A DNA stretch of 64,000 bases from NCBI RefSeq assembly GCF_006345805.1, contig NC_043003.1:52638001-52702000 (forward strand), in the 5' to 3' direction. Each line of letters starts with the position of its first letter. Position 1 is the first letter of the stretch. The notes beneath the pieces were generated by a model. That model saw nothing but the letters and a program-made list of their open reading frames with translations. It was not told the DNA's origin and made no database searches. Below are positions 49,916 to 63,824 of this stretch, piece after piece. This stretch comes from Octopus sinensis (lineage: Eukaryota). The translations under genes were made by a program, and so were the position numbers.

Positions 49916-50207
49916 TACTTCTGCCACAAAGCAGACGAACCATGATGTAACCCACTATGGTGTGGTAAACTTTCATACCTTAGTCTAGATTGCGAATCCT
50001 CTGTACCCCAGGATGGTTCAGCTCTCCACCCGTTAAAAGCCACCGTTTACGGAATGAGGATAACAACGTAGCTTTCGCGCCTGTGCAATCGCCAGTCTAT
50101 CGCGTGTGGTGGGTGGACCTTCAAGTTGCCACACGCATTCTTAGTAGCTTAGAGTAGGCTCGAATTAGAAATTATTTTTTGTGGCTAATGGCGTGAGTCC
50201 TGATTGG

Positions 50208-50480
50208 AAGAAGAAGAAGAAGAAGAAGAAGAAGAAGAAGAAGAAGAAGAAAGAAGAAGAAGAAGAAGAAGAAGACAACCACTCACCAAACAAGCTTGAT
50301 GAGGTCGCCAGTTTAGTCGCCGATGACCCGACCATGCAACAGATCATACTGGGTTGCATGTTCCCAGTAGCGCCCAAGAGCAACCTAATATAAACATACA
50401 TACATAATACATACATACATACATACATACATACATACATACATACATACATACATACATACGTACATACATACATACAT
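50208..50480. repeat. (GAA)n and (TACA)n microsatellites
   Basis: Read directly. Similar tracts at 52250-52320, 53450-53540, 55390-55570, 56050-56120, 59850-59890 and 62715-62769. Confidence 0.95.
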
Positions 50481-52248
50481 GCAAATGTATATGCATGCAT
50501 GTATAATACGAAAACAAACACGCATATATACGGCGGGTTTCTGTAAGTTACTATTTCCCAAATTTCATTCACAAAACTTAGATCAAGCCGACGCTTTGTT
50601 AAAAGACACTGCTGACAGATTAGAGAGTAGCAAATTTGTGTGATGAGATGATGAGGAGTGTACTTTTAATGTTTAATTTGGATTGGTATTCGTTGATAAT
50701 AATTGGTGTGAGAATGGAAGAAAAGATGGAACTACTACAAGGTGCTTGGATGTGAGATATAGAACGACTGAAGAATAGACACAAGTAGAAGGTGTGAGGA
50801 TCATTGTAACACCGATGAAAGACTGAAATGACAAACTCTGTATACTCTGAGCAAATGTTGGAGAAATATAATTTAATGTTTGCTCATCGAACCGGACAGT
50901 TTCAGATCGCATATTTTGAAGACAACATGGGTGTTGGAGAAATAGAGATGGTATTAATTTGTGGTGTTAACTTGTGGTGTTTCTGTGGGAAAATTCTCAT
51001 AACGTTGATTTTGATTTTCCATCTCCCGGAGTCGATATAAAAGGAAAAGAAAGAAGTATGCGGAATGGACTGGGTTGAATTCCATCAACTATGTTCTTTA
51101 CTTAAGAATCTGTGGCCTTGTGGCGTCCACGTAAGAAATCAATTCTTGCTGACAAAATTTGATGCACCCTTACAAAGAGAAGGGATTTGTTATATAAAAT
51201 ATTGCGGTTTGAAAATAAATTGTATCTGCACGAGGTAGTAATTTAAGTTCTTAATCTTAGATTTCTATTATAATTTCTCTGATATCTATGATGCATTGCA
51301 GACAACCTTAGCACTTAACAAGTTAATACTTCATTTTGTTGACTTTGGAAGGGTGAGAAGTAAAATGGACCTCGGTGAACAACATTTTCATCATATTGGA
51401 AATGTAGGCATTCCAAGAAAAAAAAATCACTCGAAACAGATCAAAGTTTTATTTTTATTCCGTTTCAGTTATTGGACTGCGGCCATTCTGGAATACAGCA
51501 TTGAAGAGTTTAGTCATGAAAATCGACCCCAGTACTTATTAATTTAAAAGTTTCATATTTATGCTATGGATGTCTTGCCTAACTGCTAAGTCATTGGAAC
51601 ATAGATAACCAACATCAGTTGTCAAGAAGTGATGGAGGGACAAGCGTAACGCAAACATATACATACACACACGCGACGAGCTTCTTTCAGTTTCCGTCTT
51701 CCAAATTCACTCGCAAGGCCTTGGTCAACCTGGGGTTATAGTAGAAGACACTTGTCCAAGTTGTCATGCAGCGGAACTGAATGTAAGACCATGTGGGAAG
51801 CAAACTTTTTTATCGCACAGCCATGTCTGCGCCTCTTGGTTTCTTGGTGTAAAATTGCTCATGAAAACGGTTGAGCTGCGATTTTGTATTCAGGAGCTAA
51901 GCAACGCTTGTCTATTCGTTAAATTATTACTGCATTTTTGAACATTCTCATAGGCAAGCATGTTGATTAGCTGCTGCTAAGAAAGAATACGATTTGATCT
52001 AGAATAAATGTGTTACAGGTAGTTTAAAATTCATACTATTTTCGAAAGGCTGTTTATTCTGATTTCAAATCTGAAAGTATAAATGTATGTATGTGTATAG
52101 AGTTTTCTTTGAGATTTATATTAAGTTCTTTGCAGAATTCAAGCCGGTTACTAACGGACAAGGGTGTTTAGTTCATGTCAAGGTAGTTGTAGAGGTTTGT
52201 GAATATGCTAGTGTGTATATGTGTAAATGTATGTATATGAAAGTGTGC

Positions 52249-52279
<31 letters not shown>

Positions 52280-52525
52280 TGTATGTATGTATGTATGTAT
52301 GTATGTATGTATGTATGTATGTGTATGTATTTATAAATGCAAGCATGTACATATGTACGTTATGTATTGAGTATGTGTGTATGTATAAATGTATAGATGT
52401 TTATATATGAATGCATGCTTGTATGTATATATGAGTGTGTATGTATGCATGCATGTATGTATGAATGCATGCATGTATGTGTGTTTCTATAAATTTGGTG
52501 TTTATGTGTTTATTCGGTTATTCTT

Positions 52526-52945
52526 TTATTCTTTTACTTGTTTCAGTCATTTGACTGCGGTCATGCTGGAGCACCACCTTTAGTCGAACAAATCGACCCC
52601 AGGACTTATTCTTTGTAAGCCTAGTACTTATTCTATCGGTCTCTTTTGCCTAACCGTTAAGTTACGGGGACGTAAACACACCAAGATCGGTTGTTATGCA
52701 TTGGTGGGCGGACAAACACAGACACATAAATACATACATACATACATACATATACATCTATATCTATATCTATACACGCATACACAAGGGGCTTCTTTCA
52801 GTTTTCGTCTACCAAATCCACTCACAAGGCTTTGGTGGGCCCGAGGCTATGGTAGAAGACACCTGCCCAAGGGGCCACGCAGTGGGACTCAACCTTGAAC
52901 CACGTGGCTGGGAAGCAAGCTTCCTACCACACAGCCATGCCTGCG
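52526..52945 (-). mobile_element. SINE family B copy
   Basis: Tail, central (TACA)n and CORE-like head as in 36304-36736. Confidence 0.8.
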
Positions 52946-54449
52946 TCGTTCACCGAAATGCATATCTGTTTGATCAAACACGCTCAAATGGAAATACAAT
53001 AATTAGAGGTAATTGTTAACAAATATAACAAAGTAATCCATTGAATATTAAACGGTTATAAAAGTAATTTTTATCTATCTAGTTTTCCCTAATTCTTTTG
53101 TCTTTACCAGTGACTCAGGGAAACGATTCGCTTTTGACGTCAGTAGACTTATTAGAAAGAAAAAAAAACTCTATAAACGAATGAATAAAATACATATAAT
53201 TGTTTGAACAAAATGTTAATATTAAAAAATAAAAATTAAAATTAAAATTGGAATTAAAACAAAAATTAAAAAAAAAAAAAAAAAGAAACAACTTCATTAT
53301 TAGTCCCATCTGTTTAATGAGGATGATCAGAACTTTACTTCGACATCAATTGTCCTTTTCATCCGTAGTCATACACAAGCTGCTGTTGCATTTATCATGG
53401 GGTAGTAGTAATTAACAATCATTATTATCTTATGCAGTGTGTTGCTGTTGGTGGTGGTGGTGTTGTTGTTGGTATTGTTATTGTTGGTATTGTTTTTGTT
53501 GTTGTTGTTGGTGGTGGTGATGGTAGTGGTGGTGATAGTAGACATAATGACAGTGGTAGTGACTCTTCTAAAATTTCGAATAGGGGTGTAAGTAGGAGTA
53601 GTAATAACTAATATAGTTGTACTTGCTGCTGGCACTTCTCCTAGGTAGAGGATTGTCTTTAAAAATAATCGGGTTTCAGCAGCTGAAGTGAGTACTTTAA
53701 TCTCTACAGTTGATAGGTTGTTCCCTATCCTAGCACAGTTTCTTTTCGTTAGCGATATTTTTTTTTATTCATCTCTGTAAAAAAAGGGGTTTATTTATTT
53801 TTTTTTCGTTAAGAACATTCAAATGGCAACGAAGTAACATCACGTTTAAAGAAAAGTAACCAGAAATAACCACAGGAAAAACCGATCAGTCAATATATTG
53901 TCTGCCACAGCGTAATCATTCCAGTATCTTTCTTTGATTCTTGAAGAGTTAAATGGTCCAATCATAATTTCAGAGATTGACTCTTTGGGAAAACACGTCA
54001 GCACATTTCTAAAAATTTTTAACAATCACGTTTGATATAGGTGTTGCTTTTAAAGAAAAAAGAAAACACGAAAAAAAAAAAAAAAAAAAGGAAAAGTTAC
54101 AGATTGACCTTGTAAAAAGCAAACATTAAATTTATCATCATATAACTATTCAAATTAGTCTTGAATCACGCATATTTTGATTGACATTATACATTTTTAT
54201 CTGTGCTCATATTATTTTGGGACAACTTCGTGAAACTATTCCAAAGGATTAATTCCTGTGTGATTAAAGTAAGTACCTTTATACTTTTAACTTATAATTA
54301 TTTTAATCTGTCGCCAGCGAACTTAAATGTTCTAATATTGTTGCCTCTTACAAAATATGGGTTGTCACGTTTTAACGGTAGTTTCTGATAAATAGTTATA
54401 CATTTTGTCCTCTACTAAAATAAATACTTTCCCTTGTTATACTATTGTT

Positions 54450-54495
<46 letters not shown>

Positions 54496-54773
54496 AGTTG
54501 TTATATGCCTTACTTATTTACATTTGTAATATACGCAATGGCGTAGCGTGGGTTGCCAGCGCCCGGAGTAAGGTTAATGTTAAGGAAAGATCGCGCTACT
54601 GCTTTTAATTTACTAAGGTGCAGGCACGGCTGGTAGTGCGGTTAAGAAGTTTGCTTTGTAACCGCGCGGTTTCGGATTCAGTCCCACTGCACGACACTTT
54701 CTGCACCAAGACAATCACTGCTTGTGAGTGAATTTGGAAGATGGAAACTATGTGGAAGCCTGCCCTCTGTATG

Positions 54774-54809
<36 letters not shown>

Positions 54810-54974
54810 ATATATAAATGAAGCAAAAACGCAATAGAGGGCATTAAAACGTTCGGACAGATAGACGACACAAAGGTGGACAAGAGAAACAACAATTAGA
54901 AGGCATAAAAAGACGGGTCATTTTTGGCTTTCTTTCGTCAGTCAAGTACCAGAAGTCACGACCATTTCGAACAG

Positions 54975-55017
<43 letters not shown>

Positions 55018-55392
55018 TGTTAGTGTAGTCTTTGTGCTTGTCACCCCCACCGCTTGATAACCAATCTTGGTTTGTTTACGTTCCAGTAAATTAGCGGCTC
55101 GGCAAAGAAGTACCAGACGTCAAAAAATAAGTACTGGGATTGATTTTGTTCTAAACCTTCAAGGCAGTGCTCCAGCTGGCCGCAGTCCGAAGACTGAAAC
55201 AAGTAAACGATAAAGTTTTGTGTGTGTGTACACATATTCAGCTGAAATTTTGTGTTCCCGAGAATTTTGCGTTTTAGGGCAACTATCTCTGTGGCCTCTG
55301 CCCACACTACGCCTCTGAGTATACAATATTTATATTTATGAGTAGCAGCTTTGCTGCAGGAGAGGAATATTGTTTAAATATTTTGAGTTATG

Positions 55393-55436
<44 letters not shown>

Positions 55437-55507
55437 TTTACTATAAAATTGGATTCAATCCTAAATCTGATTTTTCCCTGTAAGTTTGGATTTATTCCCT
55501 AATATTT

Positions 55508-55568
<61 letters not shown>

Positions 55569-56048
55569 TAAATATATGTAGTAGCAATACCACGAAAATA
55601 CATGATGCATTATCTGCTTCAGAAAGTAATTTTCTGCTTAAGGGTCGTCAAAATGTTAATGTGGTAGTAAATCAGATAGCTCTATTTTTTTTAAAAAAAA
55701 AAGCACGAATATTGTTAATCCAAAACAAAGCGAGCAACGCATGCAATTATGCTTACCTTAATTTACAGCTCCTCGTATATTTCACTTGCAAGTATGTAAA
55801 CTGCGCGGAAGTGAGTCGTGTATGAGGAAATGGATGCGCGCAAGCTGCGTGACAAAATTACCGTATAGGTAGCATGCTCTTGACTGTATCCACGGCATTT
55901 CGGACCCTGTCTAAAGCAGCGCGATTTGTGTGCTCGAACTTACTTTGTAAATTGTATCAACCATTTACCATCCACGATTATCGTTTGCAGAAAAGAAATA
56001 AATACCAACTTCATACTTCATATTCTCTCTCTCTCTCTCATACAAACA

Positions 56049-56120
<72 letters not shown>

Positions 56121-57336
56121 GTGAGTATGTATATATGTGTGTATGTATGTATATATACGTATGTATGTATATGACAGTCAAGATGGGACTTCTCTTATTA
56201 GTCCTTTATGTTTAGTTTGAAAGAAGAACGTTTTCCAAGTCTATTGGTTTCAAGATCTTCACAGCTTTGTCTTCTGAAGGCACAGCCGTGTTCCAAATTA
56301 ATCTGCTATGCAAGTAACAAAGAGCTAGCCGTCACACACACACACACACACACACGTGCGATGAATCAGTGCGTCGAACAAAATATTTTGTCACATCGGA
56401 GTTGCGCAGACATTCCTTTGGCACTATCATCAACGGAATTGAAATATCTAAAACCAATATCGCTGATGTCCACAAACACCTGATATAAAATAACAATAAT
56501 GAATATCATAACAAATGTTAGCAACAATATATTCTTTGAATAAAATATTCAAAGTTAATGACATTTAAAATGAGCTGAGCTGCTGAGAAGGGGTTAATGT
56601 AATGTTTTGGATTATTAAATGATATTAAGAAATAAGCGGTTTAAACCACTGCGCTACAAAAGCTTATGAATGAACGAACGTATGCGCATAATATGCAAGC
56701 ATATATCATTATCTATTGGATTCAGCTTCTGTTGTTAAAGATGTTTGTATATGTGTGTTTAGTATTTCGTTTAAGCCATAATACAATCATAGACTTGTGG
56801 TTGAATATTTAAGGGCATACGCACTAAAAGAGATTGACTGCAAGAAAAAAGAAGTTGCATGGATGCATTGCTATGCAGAACAAAAAATGCCTTTCGGGGC
56901 AGTTTAGTTTTTGAAATACAGTTCCTTATTTAACGACAAATTACCGTATTTTAACGTGTGTAAGGTTAAAAGAATATGGGAATTTCTTATACATGGATAG
57001 TATTATAATCCCTTACAAACCCCTTTTCCCAAATTTTAAGCCCGCCAAATTAAGGGGTTCCTTACACATGTTAAAATACGGTAAATATTGCCACAGACAC
57101 AGTACTAAAAAATATATTATTATTTCTATAGCCAGTAAATCACTTTACAATATCTAATAACATTTCACTTTCTTATAGACATAAGGGTAAAAGCCTCTGT
57201 TTTAGAAGACATTTCAGATTTTAATTCAAGCATAGTGTATTTAGGACTATATGATTCAATGTTTGCTCTTTATTAAAAAGCGGTAGAATGTACTTTGAAG
57301 GAGATTTTGTTGCTATCTCTATATGCTATCTCCAGT

Positions 57337-57853
<517 letters not shown>

Positions 57854-58369
57854 TATGCTGGAGCAACATCATAGAGGCTCTCGAGTTGTTCTTCAAGAGA
57901 GGGATATATTTAAATGAGTAGACTGCAGTTTATTACTGGTAAACTAAGCTGGCGGATTGGCTGAATCGTTATAGTCTCATAAAAATGTCTTAGAGTATTT
58001 TATTCCACCTCTTTAAATTTTGAGTTCAAATCCAGCCGAGGTCAACTTTGTCTTTCATTCTTCCAGGACAGTGACGTAGTTAGAATGTGTGCCACCCGGA
58101 GTAGCCCTTAAATTTGCCGTCTCCCTACCCCGTGTCTCCCCACAACCCTATACAGGTTTATGCAGCAGACTCCAAAGTGCCTGGGATGGACTGCCCCTCT
58201 CGCAATAACCTCGTACTATGTTACTGTTTCGGGGATCAATGAAATGATAATAAAATAAAGTATCAAGTCCTGGTGTACTAATCTCTTTCCCACCAAATAT
58301 CTGTCCTTGATCATATGCAAAGAAACAATTTATGACAAATGATCTTACTAATCGTATAGTTATTACCTG

Positions 58370-58972
58370 TTTCTTTACTACCCACAAGGGGCTAAACACA
58401 GAGAGGACAAACAAGGAGAGACAAACGGATTAAGTCGATTATATCGACCCCAGTGCGTAACTGGTACTTATTTAATCGACCCCAAAAGGATGAAAGGCAA
58501 AGTCGACCTCGCTGGAATTTGAACTCAGAACGTAGCGGCAGACGAAATACCTATTTCTTTATTACCCACAAGGGGCTAAACACAGAGGGGACAAACAAGG
58601 ACAGACATAGGTATTAAGTCGATTACATCGACCCCAGTGCGTAACTGGTACTTAATTTATCGACCCCAAAAGGATGAAAGGAAAAGTCGACCTCGCTGGA
58701 ATTTGAACTCAGAACGTAGCGGCAGACGAAATACCTATTTCTTTATTACCCACAGGGGGCTAAACATAGAGGGGACAAACAAGGACAGACATAGGTATTA
58801 AGTCGATTACATCGACCCCAGTGCGTAACTGGTACTTAATTTATCGACCCCGAAAGGACGAAAGGTAAAGTCGACCTCGGCGGAATTTGAACTCAGAAAC
58901 GTAACGGCAGACAAAATACCGCAAAGCATTTCGTCCGGCGTGCTAACGTTTCGGCCAGCTCGCCGCCTTACG
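58370..58972 (-). repeat. Head-to-tail array of three SINE family A body+tail units (~183 nt) with a single head
   Basis: Unit starts near 58372, 58554 and 58738; the head segment occurs only at 58920-58972. Confidence 0.9.
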
Positions 58973-59337
58973 TATAGTTATTACCTCAGCGTCAATTAAC
59001 AATACAAGTCTGCTGCTGAAACAATATATATAAACTTAATAGGATTCTTTCTTCCCTCTCGCTCTCTTCCTGTCATCGTTAGCGCGTTGGACAAAGTGCT
59101 TAGCGTAATTTCTTCCAGCTCTTTACGTTCTGAAATCAAATTCTGCTGAGGTCGACTTTACTATTATACTTTCGGTGTCGATAAAATATGTACCAATCGA
59201 CTTACCCCAACTCATCAAAATTTTATGTACCAAAATTTGAAGCCATAAGACAAAGAGCCTTAGTTACGGGGTTGTAAAGAAACCAACACCGATTGCAAAA
59301 CTGTGTAGAAACAAACACAAAGACATGCACACACACA

Positions 59338-59382
<45 letters not shown>

Positions 59383-59847
59383 ACACACACACACACGCGA
59401 TGTGATTCTTCACAGTTTCGGGTATTGGTCGGTCCGAGATACATTTGTTCGAGATGAGACGTAGTGGGGCTGAACTCGAAACTACGTGGCTGTGAAGTGA
59501 ACTCCTTAACCCCATGGCCATGTTTATGCCGTGTGTGTGTGTGTGTGTGTGTGTAAAATCAATTCGATAATTGGTTCCGTAATAATGGTTACACACACAC
59601 ACATACATACATATATGTATTTATATATACCTTAGTTTTTATAGAATAATCAACAATCGCTCCAATCAAGATTATCCTCATGACTATTACCGATACAGCC
59701 TCCACAATCAAACATTATCTTATCATCATTGACGTCTCATTTTGTCTGGTTTTATTAGCATTATTTCAAAATTAATTCAATATATCTTTATAAGCCAGAT
59801 ATGAATTATAAGATTAAGATGTTAACTGTAATGGGGAAACATATTAG

Positions 59848-59889
<42 letters not shown>

Positions 59890-59908
<19 letters not shown>

Positions 59909-60243
59909 GAGTGAGGGAGCAGTGCATGCCATCAAAGTGACACAAGGGTAAAATATACGAAGCCCAGTATAACCATCATGACTACCCGTCCGATAAGGGT
60001 ACTCCAGGCACATGCATCACAACCATATGTGCGCGACATGGTGATCTCCATATCAAGATAAACAGCACATGACTTTGCAGGTGGGGCCCAGTTAGAATTT
60101 TCTTCTGGTCGAGTAACTCATCCCGCTGAAAAGTCCCTGAATAAGGATTGTTTAAGGATGTTGAACGAACCACCCATGTTTCCAGAAGGGAATTATTCAA
60201 ACCCCAAAGAATCCCTCTCAATACATGGCTATGATGCTCTCCC
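59890..60243 (-). mobile_element. Interspersed ~350-nt element bounded by (ATT)n tracts
   Basis: Higher-GC non-coding island flanked on both sides by ATT/ATC microsatellite, ending (AAT)n on the minus strand. Repetitive status inferred. Confidence 0.45.
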
Positions 60244-61086
60244 TATTATTATCATCATCAACATCATCATCATTATTATTATTATGATTATTATTATTAT
60301 TATTTTGCTAAGTTGTAATTTTATAAAAATAAACATTTATTAAGTTTCCTTAATGGAAGAATGACCAGAATATTTTGTGTACTAATTATTTAATAATTCC
60401 TACAGGGAATGATTTGATCTTAGTACTAAGGTAAGGACGTTACTTTTAATTCGAAAATACATTATTTTCCAGCTAAGTAGTTGTTTATACAAAATAACAC
60501 TGATATTACTTTTGCCATAACAGGATTTGTTAAAGAATTATTTTGCGTGCTAATTGGATTAATAACATCCTTATGGAGTGATTTGTCTTCCAGCTTACGA
60601 ACTATACATCTGTTTCACAGAGCTACCACCGATCATTCTAGTGAATCATGCCTTGCGAGAATTAGAAATTTTATTCTATGACACAACGCCTGTAATGAAT
60701 TGAATACGAATATGAATATGTGACCTTTTGTATTGCAGCTCTTCACTCGATCATATGTAACTTTCCCACGGTTGTGTGGTTAAGAAGCTTGCTTTGCAAT
60801 CACATGGTTTCCGGTTCAGTCCTAGTGCAGGTTACCTTGGGTAAATGTCTTCTTCTTTAGCTCCAGATAACACAATGCCATGTGAGTGAATTTGGTAGAT
60901 GGAAACTGTGTGGAAGCCGGTGTTGCCTCGTAACTTAGCGGTTCGGGAAAAATATTATTAAAAAAATTAATATTTGGGTCGATCTGTTCCACTAGAACCC
61001 TTTAAAGTGTTCCCCAGTTGTAGAAAAACATTCCTTCAGTTTAAACTTGTCTCACTACATACAAAAGACTGGTAGTATAATTTTAT

Positions 61087-61725
61087 AGGTGTAATATATT
61101 CAGAACCAAGGCAGAAACGTTAGCACGCCGGGCGAAATGCGTAGCCGTATTTCGTCTGCCGCTACGTTCTGAGTTTAAATTCCGCCGAGGTCGACTTTGC
61201 CTTTCATCCTTTCGAGGTCGATTAAATAAGTACCAGTTACGCACTGGGGTCGATGTAATCGACTTAATCCGTTTGGCTGTCCTTGTTTGTCCTCTCTGTG
61301 TTTAGCCCCTTGTGGGTCGTAAAGAAATGGGTATTTCATCTGTCTTTACGTTATGAGTTCAAATTCTGCCGAGGTCGACTTTGCCTTTCATCCTTTCGGG
61401 GTTGATAAATTAAGTACCAGTTGCGCACTGGGGTCAGTCTAATCGACTGGCCCCATCCTCCAAAATATTTCGGGCCTTGTGCCAAAAGTAGAAAAAATAT
61501 ATTGAGAACCAAGGCGGGTAGCTGGTAGAAACGTTAGCACACCGGGCGAAATGCTTTGCGGTATTTCGTCTACCGCTACGTTCTGAGTTCAAATTCCGCC
61601 GAGGTCGACTTTGCCTTTCATCCTTTCGGGGTCGATTAGATAAGTACCAGTTACGCACTGGGGTCGATATAATCGACTGGCCCCCTTCCCCAAAATTTCG
61701 GGACTTGTACCTAGAATAGAAAAGA
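61087..61725 (+). repeat. Tandem SINE family A cluster (head+body+tail, body, then head+body)
   Basis: Three central domains at about 61190, 61375 and 61600. Flanking atatatt(c/g)(a/t)gaacca recurs near 61075, 61497 and 61727. Confidence 0.85.
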
Positions 61726-62716
61726 ATATATTCTGAACCATACCGATAATTTTACGTTACTAGCGTCCATGAAAACCCTGAATACCCAATAACACTTCTC
61801 CCACCTCTATCATTATTCGATTTTGTGCCTCTTGACAAATTAGAATAGTGTTGCTGTCAGTATTTGAATCTAAACGCATTTTTTGAGTGAGAATTTCGTT
61901 TTCATCACTTTATACTGATGCCGACCAATACCTCGTGGATGAAAGCTTTTCTTTCTCCACTTCGTAGACATAGAATGACATTTTAAGCTCGCTAGCCACG
62001 CATTAAATATTATATATGAAGAAAATCTTCAGATCATACGTAAGAAAACTTTACTGGATTCCGTGGAAATTATCACTCAATCCTCTATTTCTTCATTTTT
62101 CAACATCCTGTATGATGCACTTTTGTACGACTTTAGTGCATTAATGTCTTTAAGGATCTAGATAGCTTAGAGGATGATGGGATACAATCCTGCCAGGCTT
62201 GTCTCTGCACATTCCTCACCACAAAGCCCACCCATAATCACAAATCTCTTGAGTGGTTCATCCAGTTGCTGTATTAAGTACTAAAGCACTAAAGGAAAAA
62301 CAAAAACAAAAACAAAAAAAAAACAAAACAAAACAAAACAAAAGAAACAAAAACGCCTACAACTAAAATTTTCGCTCTTTATTTTAATACTGTGGTTGCG
62401 CGCAAACCATTGTTCAAAATGCTATGTTGACAACCTACGCAGACACTCACCAATTTCAAGCGTGTATTATTTAAGATACTACTATGTACTCGAAATTTAC
62501 TATGCATACCTTTTAAATTTTATTTCCTATAAAAAAAGACAGATCATCCTGCATATATTTTAACGTTATTACTTTTTTTTACATTTGTTTTACAGTGATT
62601 CGTTTTGTATTTCAAGAGACCTTTTATGTGGCAACAAAGATAAATCTGACAAAAATACTCGACATTTATTTGATATTGATTCGATTAGTAGTAATAAATA
62701 AATAAATAAATGAATA

Positions 62717-62768
<52 letters not shown>

Positions 62769-62771
<3 letters not shown>

Positions 62772-63824
62772 GAAGGAGGCCGTGGTCTTTTGCAACTGGC
62801 AATAACAATGAAGATTGCTACAATTGGCCTAGACACCTACCTGAAAAAGTCTGAGGACTGGATGTTAAAACTTGTCTCAAAACATGAAAACAAGAAAGCA
62901 TCATACTCAGTAACAAAACAGGCAAAGGAATATCTAAGTGAATTCCGAATACAACCAACTTCGGTATTAGAGATAGACACACAAGAAACAAGCATAGAAA
63001 AAGCTAGGCGCATGAAAACCCGTGCCAAAACTGCGGCCTTAGATATTCTGAATAATAAATGGCAAGAAAAACCTCTCTATGGCAAATACCCAAAGAGAGC
63101 GAATAATGCAGATATTGACAAAGCCCTGACCCATCAATGGCTAATGGCCTCTGGCTTAAAATCTGAAACAGAGGGGTTTATCATAGCAGCTCAAGATCAA
63201 TGCCTACCAACAAGAAACTACCAGGCCAACATATTAAAGAACGGCAGTAGCCCAACATGTCGCGTATGCCGACAACAAAATGAAACCATTGATCATGTTG
63301 TCTCCAAATGCAGTCTTCTAGCGCCTACAGAGTACCTCAACAGGCATGATAGAGCTGTACAATATATTCACTGGGTAATTTGCAAAAAGCTGGATTTACC
63401 CCATGAAAAAAACTGGTGGGAACACAATCCACCTCCAGTGCTTGAAAATGACCACATCTCACTCCTCTGGAACTTCACCATTCAAACTGACAGAAAGATA
63501 GATGCAAATATGACAGACATCATATTGAAAGACTTCAGACAAAGAACATGTCTCCTCATTGATATGATTGTCCCAATCGATATAAACGTATCTGTCAAGA
63601 CCTACCAAAAACTGAGCAAATATAAAGATCTTGAAATAGAAATCAGCAAAATGTGGAAGCTGAAGACTAAAACAATACCTGTTGTCATAGGTGTCATGGG
63701 AATGATAGCGAAAGGGACTAATTGCTACCTAACTCAGATACCAGGAAACCCCAAAATGGCAGAAATTCAAAAGATAGTGCTCATGGGAACTGCTCATATC
63801 CTACGCAAAATACTCTCTATGTAA
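62769..63824 (+). CDS. C-terminal thumb / zinc knuckle / REL endonuclease of the R4/Dong-type ORF (partial, no RT core)
   Basis: Uninterrupted ~350-codon frame with SETEGFIIAAQDQ, CCHC and PD-(D/E)xK-type motifs. Confidence 0.85.
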
